Part shown: in pieces, positions 52,352-61,426 of the stretch | Layout of the letters: each line of letters starts with the position of its first letter | How positions within the stretch are numbered: the stretch's first letter is position 1 | Source: Candidatus Latescibacterota bacterium | Lineage (GTDB): Bacteria; Krumholzibacteriota; Krumholzibacteriia; WVZY01 | Direction: 5' to 3' | Assembly (NCBI GenBank): GCA_963791045.1 | Contig: CAWBQK010000007.1 | Span: 64,001 to 128,000 of the forward strand | Length of the DNA stretch: 64,000 nt | Notes under the pieces: model-generated | Seen by the model: only the letters and a program-made list of their open reading frames with translations | Told to the model about the DNA's origin: nothing | The model's database searches: none | Position numbers and translations under genes: made by a program

Positions 52352-54875
52352 ATGGCGATGAAGAAACCAAAGCCGAAGCCGACCCCGGCTCCCGAGCTTA
52401 CGGCCAGCGTCCAGCTCGACACACAACCGGTCGGGCAGCGGTTGTTCTATGCCGGGGCCGCGATTGCATTTCTTGTCAGTCTCATCGTTTACTCGATGAC
52501 CATGGGACGGAGCGCCGCGTTCTGGGATGCCGGTGAGTTCATCGCGTCTTCCTATATTCTGGGGATTCCGCATTCGCCGGGAACACCCCTCTATGTTTTG
52601 CTTGGAAGAGTGTTCACGCTGCTGCCGCTTCCGTTGACCGTGGCCGGGAAGGTGAACTTCATTTCGGTTTTCACGGGCGCGTTCGGTGTTTTGTTTGCCT
52701 ACCTTCTTGCCGTTCGATTTCTTGACGCAATACTGGGAAAGAGTTCGACGACGGTCGACACACTGATCAAGGTGGCGGGAGCGCTCACCGGCGCGTTGTT
52801 TCTCGCCTTCAGCAACACGTATTGGGGGAACGCGATCGAGGCCGAGGTCTACGCGCTCAGCCTTTTCTTTATGGGCTTTATGACGTGGCTCGGGCTCAAA
52901 TGGTCGGAGAACCCGACCGGTATCAAGTCGACCTCCTTTATTTTTCTGCTCTTTTATCTTCTCGCATTGAGCATCGGCTTTCATCTTGGAACCGTGCTGG
53001 TTTTTTCGGGATTGTTCTTCCTTATCATGATGACGAAAGAAAAAACCTTCTCGAACATCGAATTCTTGATAGCCTGCGCGGCCATCGGGATCTTTCTCGC
53101 TGACGCGACGATATACCGGAACGGGGCATTCACCCTTGTAGTCCTAGCGATATTCGCGGTCATCCTCGCCTGGTTCACCGTCGTTAAGAAATCGCCTTTC
53201 GCGCTCGTTTGCACGCTTCTTTTTGTCCTCGGTATTTCGGTTCATCTCTATCTGCTTATGAGGTCGGGGCACAATCCGTCGATCGACGAGGGCAACCCGG
53301 AGACGTGGCGGGCGCTGTACGCGGCATTGAGGCGCGAACAGTATCCGCCGACGAACATGCTTATCCGCAAGGCGTCGTTCGCCTTCCAGTTGCAGCATTT
53401 TAACGGTTATCTCCAGGAACAGTTTCAGATGGCCTCCGCGTTTATCGGGCAGCTCAATATGGGTTCGCTTATTCCCCTCGGGTTGGGAATCTGGGGAATG
53501 GTCGACCATTACACAAAGGATAAAAAGACTTTTGTGATGCTGTTCGTGACGCTGATGGTTACGAGCTTCGGTCTGATAGCGTTTCTCAATTTCTCTGACA
53601 GCGAGGTCAGGGAGAGGGATTACTTCTATTCGCCGGCTTTTTATTACTTCGCCATATTTATCGGGATCGGCGCCGGCAAGCCTGTTGAACGAGCTCAAAA
53701 ACCTGGTGTCGAAAAACCGCTCGTCCGCTCTTGTTCCCGTCGCCGTGGCATCGATCATCTTGCTGGTGCTGCCCGTTTTTACACTGGCGCGGCATTACTT
53801 TCCGCACGACCGCTCGAATAACTATATTTGCCAGAAGTACGCGCGAAACATGCTCATCGGTCTCGAAGAGAACGGTATCCTCTTCACCAACGGGGACAAC
53901 GACACTTTTCCATTGTGGTACATCCAGGAGGTCGAGAAGTATCGGACCGACATCCGCGTCGTGAACCTGAGTCTTCTCAATACACCGTGGTACATCGAGC
54001 AGCTCCGGGACAATGAGCCCCCGATCGACATCACCTGGAACAACGATGAACTCGACAGGCTCCAACCGATACCGACGAAGGATGGATGGGTCCTGGTCCG
54101 GGATATCGCCGTCCAGCATATTCTCAAGAACAATTCGAATACCCGGCCGATCTATTTTGCGGTGACGATTCCGCCCGAAACCTACGCGCCGTACCGCGAA
54201 TTCCTCGAGATGGAAGGGCTCGTCTACCGTGTCGTTCCGAGGAAGGGCCGGAATATGGTCAATGTCGATAAACTCGAGGACAATATCTGGGACAAATTTG
54301 ATTTTGGCGGGATCCTCGACGATGACTGGAAGCTCGACAACACGGTTTACAGGCCGTCCTACGTGAGGCGTTTGATTCAGAACTACGCGGCTGCTTTCAC
54401 CCAGCTTGGATTCGAGCAGGGGCGAAGGGACAATTACGGCGACGCCGTCAAGAACCTCGAAGTGGCGCTTCAGATTTCTCCCAACCTCCAGCCGCCGCTT
54501 CTGTGGCTCGGGTGGTACTATCTCGAAAAGGGCGATACGGCGGCCGCCGTGGCGTTTTACAAACGCGAAATCAACCGCCAGCCCGATCAGACCGACTTGC
54601 TCTACAGGCTCGCCGGAGTATATGAACGTCTCGGGTATCTGGATTCGGCGCTCATCTCGATCGACGAGCTCATACGCAGAAATCCCAACCACAGGGACGC
54701 GGTTGCGAGCGGCGTCGGCATCGCGCTGCGGTTCGGTCTCAAAGACCAGGCTGAACGTTATCTTCAGGAGTGGGTAACCACCCATCCCAACGATGTCGCG
54801 ATGAAAAATGCGCTCGATGAACTCAAGGCCGGTGGGTCACTGCAAGGTGAACGAGCCGAGCCGGATAGCCAATAA
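52352..54875 (+). CDS. DUF2723 / TMEM260-like GT-C glycosyltransferase with C-terminal TPR; frameshift at ~53678
   Basis: WDAGEFIA...IPHSPGTPLY, EAEVY, VRERDYFY in ORF 52352..53821; GDNDTFPLWY.QEVE.YRTD and TPR helices in ORF 53685..54875. An extra A (GGC-AAGC-CTG) separates the frames. Confidence 0.85.
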
Positions 54876-54890
54876 GGGGTACGTCAGAAC

Positions 54891-55859
54891 ATGCCGAAAA
54901 CGGTTTTAGTAACGGGTGCCGCCGGTTTCATCGGTTCGAATTTGTCCGAAGCCCTGGTCGACAAGGGGTTTCGAGTGGTGGGCGTGGACTCGTTCAACCC
55001 CAACTACGACATACGGATCAAGAGAGAAAACCTCAAGAGGCTCCTTGCAAGCGATCGCTTCGAGCTTATCGAGAAGTCTCTGTGTGATATGGACATCGAA
55101 ACGGTGCTCGGCGATGTCGAGTACGTGTTTCATCTCGCCGCGCAGCCCGGGGTGAGGGACAGTTGGGCGCAGCGTTTTGACGAGTATATCGACGCCAATA
55201 TACGGGCGACACAAAAACTGTGCGAAGCGGCGCGCGGCAAATCCATAAAGCGATTCGTCTACGCAAGTTCGAGCTCCGTATATGGTGATACCACTGAACT
55301 GCCAATGAATGAGAGTCACCGCACTCGGCCGCACTCTCCTTACGGCGTGACCAAACTCTCCGGTGAGGCGCTTTGCCTGCTCTACCGGAAGAACTTCGGT
55401 CTGCCCGTCGTTGCGCTTCGGTTTTTTACGGTGTACGGGCCGCGGCAAAGACCCGACATGGCCTTTCACCGCTTTATCGCGAACGCGCTCGACGGCAAAC
55501 CCATCGAAGTTTATGGAAACGGAACCCAGACAAGGGATTTTACTTTTGTGTCCGACATCGTCGGGGCGAATATCTCCACCATGGAATACGCCGGACCTGA
55601 AAGTGTTTTCAATATTGGCGGAGGAAGCCGAATCGCCTTGAATGGCGCGCTCGATGTGCTCGGAGACGCGGTTGGCGGCAGCGGCCGGGTCGACGTTGTC
55701 TACAACGAACCCGTCAAGGGCGACGTGATGCACACCTACGCCGATATCAGTCTCGCACGCAAGGAATTGGGATATGCTCCCCAGACGAGCCTGGAGGAAG
55801 GCATAGCCCGCGAAGTGGATTGGATCAAGTCGTTGCGCAAAACCCTTCCATCCGGCTAG
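54891..55859 (+). CDS. NAD-dependent NDP-sugar epimerase (UDP-glucuronate 4-epimerase-like)
   Basis: TGAAGFIG, HLAAQPGVR, ASSSSVYG, YGVTK, RFFTVYGPRQRPDMA. Confidence 0.9.
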   Translation: MPKTVLVTGAAGFIGSNLSEALVDKGFRVVGVDSFNPNYDIRIKRENLKRLLASDRFELIEKSLCDMDIETVLGDVEYVFHLAAQPGVRDSWAQRFDEYIDANIRATQKLCEAARGKSIKRFVYASSSSVYGDTTELPMNESHRTRPHSPYGVTKLSGEALCLLYRKNFGLPVVALRFFTVYGPRQRPDMAFHRFIANALDGKPIEVYGNGTQTRDFTFVSDIVGANISTMEYAGPESVFNIGGGSRIALNGALDVLGDAVGGSGRVDVVYNEPVKGDVMHTYADISLARKELGYAPQTSLEEGIAREVDWIKSLRKTLPSG

Positions 55860-55869
55860 GTGATGGCAC

Positions 55870-56835
55870 ATGGATCTGTCCGTTATAGTCCCAGTGTATA
55901 ACGAGGAGGAAAGCCTCCCCGAACTTTTCGCCGCACTCGAAGCAACGATGGCCGACATGGGCATCGATTACGAATACATTTTCATTGATGACGGCAGCGT
56001 TGACAGGTCGCTGGTGGTGCTCCGTGAGCTTCACCAGGCGTCGAGTCATGTCAAGGTCATCAGTTTTCGGCGGAATTATGGCAAGTCGGCGGCGTTGTCC
56101 GTCGGGTTCAAGCAGGCCAGGGGTGATGTCGTTGTTACTATGGACGCGGATCTCCAGGACGATCCGAAGGAGATACCGAACCTGATGAAGAAACTCGACG
56201 AGGGCGTCGATCTCGTGTCGGGTTGGAAGCTCAACCGCCAGGACCCGTGGACCAAGACCTTTCCCTCAAGAGTATTCAATCGCCTGGTCTCGTTGATAAG
56301 CGGACTTCATCTCCACGACATAAACTGCGGATTGAAAGCTTACAAGAACGAAGTGGTTCGCTCGGTATCGATATATGGCGAGCTTCATCGCTTTATCCCC
56401 GTTCTTGCCGTGTGGGAAGGGTACAGGGTTGATGAAATCAGCGTTCGCCACTTCAAACGCAAGTATGGCAAGAGCAAGTATGGTGGGAAGAGGTTTCTCA
56501 ACGGAATATTCGATCTGATCACCGTGATGTTCATCACGCGCGGAGCGATGAACCCACTCCATTTCTTTGGCCGCTCCGCGATCGTTCTTTTTATCCTCGG
56601 CGTGATCCCTCAGGTGTACTTCTTTTTTCTCTGGATCGGTGGGGCGGGGCTTCGCGTAAGACCCATTATGCTGGGCGGATTCGTGTTGATAATCGTTTCT
56701 CTTCAAATTGCATCCATTGGGCTTCTTGCCGAAATGATATCGGCGAGAAGCGGTCGCGAACCCAACTATGTATTCAAAGAGTACCTGGTCGGTCGTTCTG
56801 AGACTCGTACGGGGGGGAGCGAAGACGCTACATGA
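55870..56835 (+). CDS. GT2 polyprenyl-phosphate glycosyltransferase (ArnC/GtrB-like, C-terminal TMs)
   Basis: VPVYNEE, DDGS, RNYGKS, MDADLQDDP, HRFIP; two C-terminal TMs. Confidence 0.88.
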   Translation: MDLSVIVPVYNEEESLPELFAALEATMADMGIDYEYIFIDDGSVDRSLVVLRELHQASSHVKVISFRRNYGKSAALSVGFKQARGDVVVTMDADLQDDPKEIPNLMKKLDEGVDLVSGWKLNRQDPWTKTFPSRVFNRLVSLISGLHLHDINCGLKAYKNEVVRSVSIYGELHRFIPVLAVWEGYRVDEISVRHFKRKYGKSKYGGKRFLNGIFDLITVMFITRGAMNPLHFFGRSAIVLFILGVIPQVYFFFLWIGGAGLRVRPIMLGGFVLIIVSLQIASIGLLAEMISARSGREPNYVFKEYLVGRSETRTGGSEDAT

Positions 56836-57997
56836 CGAAGAGGGCCTGTCTTGTAGGGCCGGCTTACCCGTATCGGGGAGGTATAGCCCATTTTACGTCC
56901 GTGCTGGCGGCGGAGTTCGCGACAGACCATGACGTCCTTGTGATTAACTTCAAAAGGCTTTACCCCTCTTTTTGTTCCCCGGCAAAACACAGTACGATGA
57001 AAGCGGGAAGCCCGTCGGGGTCGATTCGGAGCGAACTATAGATTCGCTGAATCCGTTCTCCTTTTGGAAGACGGCAAAAACGATAGCCGATTTTAAGCCG
57101 GATGTTGTTGTGATGCAGTGGTGGCAGCCTTTCTTTGCCGTGGCCTACGCGCTCATTGTGTTTTTTCTCAACAGGATCGATAAGACATATTCATCCAGGA
57201 TTATTTTTCTTTGTCATAACGTCTTGCCCCACGAATCGTCGCCGGTGGACCGTTTTCTGTCCAGGATCGCGTTTCGGGTCGCCGACGCGTTCCTCGTTCA
57301 TTCGGGCGAGGATCGCGACAATCTTTTGAGTGTCAAGCCCGGCGCTATTGTCGACGTCCAGCCGCTTCCGATATTCGACATGTTCCGGAGCGGGGGGCAG
57401 ACAAGAGAGAGCGCTCGGGCGGAGCTCGGGGTCGAAGGCAAAATGATTTTGTTCTTCGGATTGGTGCGTCCGTACAAAGGGCTTGGTGTGCTTCTCGATG
57501 GATTCGCGCGAAGTCTTGTCGCCAACCCCGCCACGCTTTTTGTGGTTGGCGAGTTTTACGAGGGAAAGGACAAGTATCTTGCCCAGATCAAAGAACTCGG
57601 CATAAAGGACAACGTGGTGGTCGTTGACAGTTACGTTCCGAACGAGGAAGTGGAGAAGTATTTTGCCGCGTGTGACGTGGTTGCGTTGCCGTATCTCTCC
57701 GCCACACAAAGCGCCATCGTACAAGTTGCCTACAGCTTTGACAGGCCGGTGATCGTGACGGCGGTCGGGGGACTTCCCGAGGTGGTGGACGATGGCGTGA
57801 CGGGGTATGTCATACCCAGGCAGGATCCGGATGCGCTGTCGGAAGCGATAACACGGTTTTACCGGCAGGACGATTTGAGAAAAATGGAAGAAAACATCGC
57901 GGCTTCAAAAGATCGTTTCTCGTGGGCCCGTTGCAAGAGCACTTTGCTGGGGATGGCGGAGAAATTGGCTTCTCGCTCCGGGACTGCCCAGGGGTGA
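56832..57997 (+). CDS. GT4 glycosyltransferase; frameshift in T5 tract 56969-56973
   Basis: GPAYPYRGGIA..LYPS then FPGKTQ, FFGLVRPYKG, PYLSATQS in the next frame. Confidence 0.85.
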
Positions 57998-58043
57998 CTC
58001 TGCGCGCAGCCACATGGGGGTCGTTGATCCGGGGAAGGAATTG

Positions 58044-60707
58044 ATGTCGAGCAAGAAAAAGAAGAAGAAATTCGACCCATCGCCCGCCGGGGCCCAGAAC
58101 GTCGCCCAAAAGGCCGGAGCGTCCCGTCCGGACACACGAGAGAGTGCGCCGAAATTTCCGCTCGAAACGATTCCGGTGTGGGCGAAGCTGACCGTGGCCG
58201 TGGTTATCCTGGTCGTGGCGATCTGCGTCCTGTACCCGCACCATGTTTTCGAGAACAAGGTGTTTCTCGCCGGGGATGTTGAAGCGGCGGGGAGTTTCGC
58301 GACACCGATCAAGAAAGAGATGGCCGAAACGCAGGGGTATCCGTTGTGGAATCCCTACCTGTTTGCGGGAATGCCCAGCTACGAGAGTCTCTCCTATAAT
58401 CCAAATGTGTACCCGATATCGGTCGTTACGGGGTTCCTCTCGAACTACCTCCATTTTCCGAATGCGACCTGGCTTTTGTTTCATGTGTTTTTGCTTGGAT
58501 TCGGGGTGTTCCTGCTGCTCTACGATCGCGGCGTCAATTTCATGGTCGCCGCGGCCGCCGGAGTCCTCATGATGTGGATGCCCAACCAGGTTGCCGTGGG
58601 GGCGTACGGTCACGGCACGCAAGCCAACGCCGTGGCTTATATCCCATTTGCGTTATTTTTCTGGGACCGTATTTGGCGTGGAAAGTCGCTTCTTGTGAAT
58701 GCCAGCGCACTTGTGATCGTTCTCGGTTTCCAGCTGCTTCGGGCGCACATTCAGATTTCTTATTACACGTTCGCGCTCATCGGCTTGTACACACTCTTCT
58801 TCGGCGTGCTTCGAATTCGTGACGCCTTGAAGGGTACGGGCGATCCGGAGTACCCGGCGACGCTCGGTTTCTTCAAACGGGTTCTCCGCAGGGAGGGAGT
58901 AGCCAAGAAACGCCTCGCTATGATTGAGACCAGCGACCTCGTGGTTGTGCTCGGTCTGGTCGTCGTGGGCGCGCTTTTTATTAGCGCCGTCCTGTTTCTT
59001 CCCGTGAAAGATTATTCGCCCCAATCGATCCGGGGCGCGTCCGAGACCGGTGGGGTCGAGTACGACTATGCTACGTCGTGGAGTCTTCACCCCGTCGAAA
59101 GTCTCACCTTTGTTTTTCCGTTCTCCTTTGGTTTCGGCCGGGCCACGTACCATGGCCATTTGCCGTTTACCGACTATGCGAACTATCTCGGTCTTGTCGT
59201 GATCATCTTTTCGGTGTTCGCCGTTACACTGGCGAGAAACCGGTTTGTCTGGTTCCTTGTCGTCGTAATCGCGATTGCCACGCTGGTATCGTTTGGGAAG
59301 TTTCTTCCCGTTTTGTATGGACCGCTATTCAAGTGGTTTCCATATTTCAACAAGTTCCGCGTGCCGGTGATGATTCTGATCGTTCAGCAGTTCGCCTTCG
59401 TTCTTCTTTTTGGCCTCGGTTTGTCCGCCGTGGTTCGCTCACGGTCGGACATCGTCAAAAAGGCGGCGTTTTTCGGTATGATTGGCGGCGGTGTGGCGCT
59501 TATTGTTGCGCTTTTGTCATCCAGCTACTGGGAGAAAGGGTTTGCACAGGCCATCGCGCCGGGTATTACCGCCGTTCGAACGCCGGCGGAGCAGCTTCAG
59601 CTCGCAAAATTGTCAGGGTCGCTTCTCTTCGCCGATCTCGTCAAGTTTTCCGTTTTGTTGTTGTTCACGTTTGGCACGATTTGGCTTTTTGCGCGGCGGA
59701 ACCTGCGGGCCGAGGTATTCGTGGTAATTGCGGTTCTTCTCGCCATGATCGATATCTTCGCCGTTGATTCGTTTGTCCTCAACCCTGGCAAGCTCTACCC
59801 CGAGGCGATGCGGCGTGGGGGGCGGCTAGAAATCATCAAGGACAAGTCGGTTCGGGACCGGTTCCTCGAGCCGGACGATGTCATCACATTTCTGAATTCC
59901 AGAAAAGGCGCCGATCGATTCCGTGTATTTCCCGCGTTTCATCCCTCGGCGCCGCTTCGCGGGGGCGACTTTGCCACGAACCGCTACATGAATTTTGGCA
60001 TCTCGTCGATTGGCGGCTACCACGCGGCAAAACTCTCGTTGTATAATGATTTTGTCGATGCGCTCGGTGTTGCCCTTCAGAACGGCAAATACCAGCTGGT
60101 TGACATGATGAATGCCCGTTATGTTGTTACTTCGCATCCATTCCCGGAGGTTCCCTCGTTCCGCCTACTGTGGCAGGGCGAGAACTTTCGTGGCCAGAGG
60201 CGCCATATTTATGAGAATGCGGGGGCATTTCCGCGAGTGTTCCTCGTGGACAAGTATCTCGTCGGCGGGTCAAAAGAGATTCTCGGTATGCTTCCGGCGC
60301 TTCCGGCAAACGGCGTTGATTTGAGGGAAACGGTTCTTCTCGAGACAGAGCCTCCGGTGCGTCCCGAGTCCGCCTCGGGAGCGCGGGCGGCCATAACCGG
60401 CTACAGTTTCAATGAAATTCGTGTGGACGCGACACTGCCCTCGGCTGCAATATTGGTGTTGTCGGAAGTCTATTATCCGAGATGGACGGCATTTGTCGAC
60501 GGTGTCGAAACGGAACTTTTGAAAGCGAATTATGTTCTCAGGGCCGTGGCTCTTTCGGCGGGGGAGCACGAGATCGTTTTCAGGTATGATTCGAAGGTAT
60601 TGAAGCGCGGGTTGATAATTTCAGTTATTACATTTGCCACGGCGCTCATCGTGTTGATGTTATCCGCGGCAGCCGATTTACGGAGAAATCCTATATGGAA
60701 GCGTTGA
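58044..60707 (+). CDS. YfhO-family multi-pass GT-C membrane protein
   Basis: PLWNPYLFAGMP, YLG, KFRVP, GGYHAAK, LVLSEVYYP.W.A.VDG, ANYVLRAV.L.AG.HEI.F.Y. Confidence 0.85.
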   Translation: MSSKKKKKKFDPSPAGAQNVAQKAGASRPDTRESAPKFPLETIPVWAKLTVAVVILVVAICVLYPHHVFENKVFLAGDVEAAGSFATPIKKEMAETQGYPLWNPYLFAGMPSYESLSYNPNVYPISVVTGFLSNYLHFPNATWLLFHVFLLGFGVFLLLYDRGVNFMVAAAAGVLMMWMPNQVAVGAYGHGTQANAVAYIPFALFFWDRIWRGKSLLVNASALVIVLGFQLLRAHIQISYYTFALIGLYTLFFGVLRIRDALKGTGDPEYPATLGFFKRVLRREGVAKKRLAMIETSDLVVVLGLVVVGALFISAVLFLPVKDYSPQSIRGASETGGVEYDYATSWSLHPVESLTFVFPFSFGFGRATYHGHLPFTDYANYLGLVVIIFSVFAVTLARNRFVWFLVVVIAIATLVSFGKFLPVLYGPLFKWFPYFNKFRVPVMILIVQQFAFVLLFGLGLSAVVRSRSDIVKKAAFFGMIGGGVALIVALLSSSYWEKGFAQAIAPGITAVRTPAEQLQLAKLSGSLLFADLVKFSVLLLFTFGTIWLFARRNLRAEVFVVIAVLLAMIDIFAVDSFVLNPGKLYPEAMRRGGRLEIIKDKSVRDRFLEPDDVITFLNSRKGADRFRVFPAFHPSAPLRGGDFATNRYMNFGISSIGGYHAAKLSLYNDFVDALGVALQNGKYQLVDMMNARYVVTSHPFPEVPSFRLLWQGENFRGQRRHIYENAGAFPRVFLVDKYLVGGSKEILGMLPALPANGVDLRETVLLETEPPVRPESASGARAAITGYSFNEIRVDATLPSAAILVLSEVYYPRWTAFVDGVETELLKANYVLRAVALSAGEHEIVFRYDSKVLKRGLIISVITFATALIVLMLSAAADLRRNPIWKR

Positions 60708-61426
60708 TCATCGTTCCGACATACAATGAACGTGAAAACATCGAGACGCTCATAAACAGCATTAAGGAGCTCAATCTTGATGCCGATATTGGGATGCTGA
60801 TTGTCGATGACAACTCCCCGGACGGCACCGGGAAGTATGTCGCCGAATTGAGCAAGACCGACGACATGATACACGTTCTCCATCGGCCCGCGAAACTCGG
60901 TCTCGGGAGCGCGTACATCGCCGGTTTCAAGTGGGCGCTGGGCAGATCCGACGTTAAATATGTTTTCGAAATGGATGCGGATTTCTCGCACGATCCCGCC
61001 GCGCTTGCCGGTTTCCTGAAGGAAATCAAAGAGGTTGATCTGGTTCTGGGGTCGAGGTATCTCGACGGGATCACCGTGGTCAACTGGCCGCTCTCGCGGC
61101 TCATTCTCAGTGTGGGCGCCAATATCTATACGAAGATCATCACCGGGATGCCGTTCAAGGACGCGACGGGCGGGTTCAAATGTTTCCGCCGCGAGGTGCT
61201 CGAGAGCCTGCCCCTTGATGATATCAAGAGCGACGGTTATTCGTTTCAGATCGAAGTCAATTTCATCGTGTGGAAAAAGGGATTTCGAATCAAAGAAATT
61301 CCGATTGTATTTGTCGACAGGGCGGCCGGCACCTCCAAAATGTCGCGTAAAATCATCTGGGAAGCGGTATTTCTTGTATGGAAACTCAGGCTGGATTCGC
61401 TTTTCAAAAACGTCCGGAAGAGCTGA
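60695..61426 (+). CDS. Polyprenol monophosphomannose synthase (Ppm1/DPM1-like GT2)
   Basis: IVPTYNE, VDDNSPDGTG, GLGSAY, MDADFSHDP, GYSFQIE, FVDR..G.SKMS. Confidence 0.9.
   Translation: MEALIIVPTYNERENIETLINSIKELNLDADIGMLIVDDNSPDGTGKYVAELSKTDDMIHVLHRPAKLGLGSAYIAGFKWALGRSDVKYVFEMDADFSHDPAALAGFLKEIKEVDLVLGSRYLDGITVVNWPLSRLILSVGANIYTKIITGMPFKDATGGFKCFRREVLESLPLDDIKSDGYSFQIEVNFIVWKKGFRIKEIPIVFVDRAAGTSKMSRKIIWEAVFLVWKLRLDSLFKNVRKS

Noticed and set aside
53670-53690. DUF2723 as two genes or a programmed frameshift
   Set aside because: A single extra A with no slippery heptamer; the halves form one known architecture, and the window has many indel errors.
56965-56976. Phase-variable T tract in the GT4 gene
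   Set aside because: Only T5, too short for typical slippage; more likely an assembly deletion.
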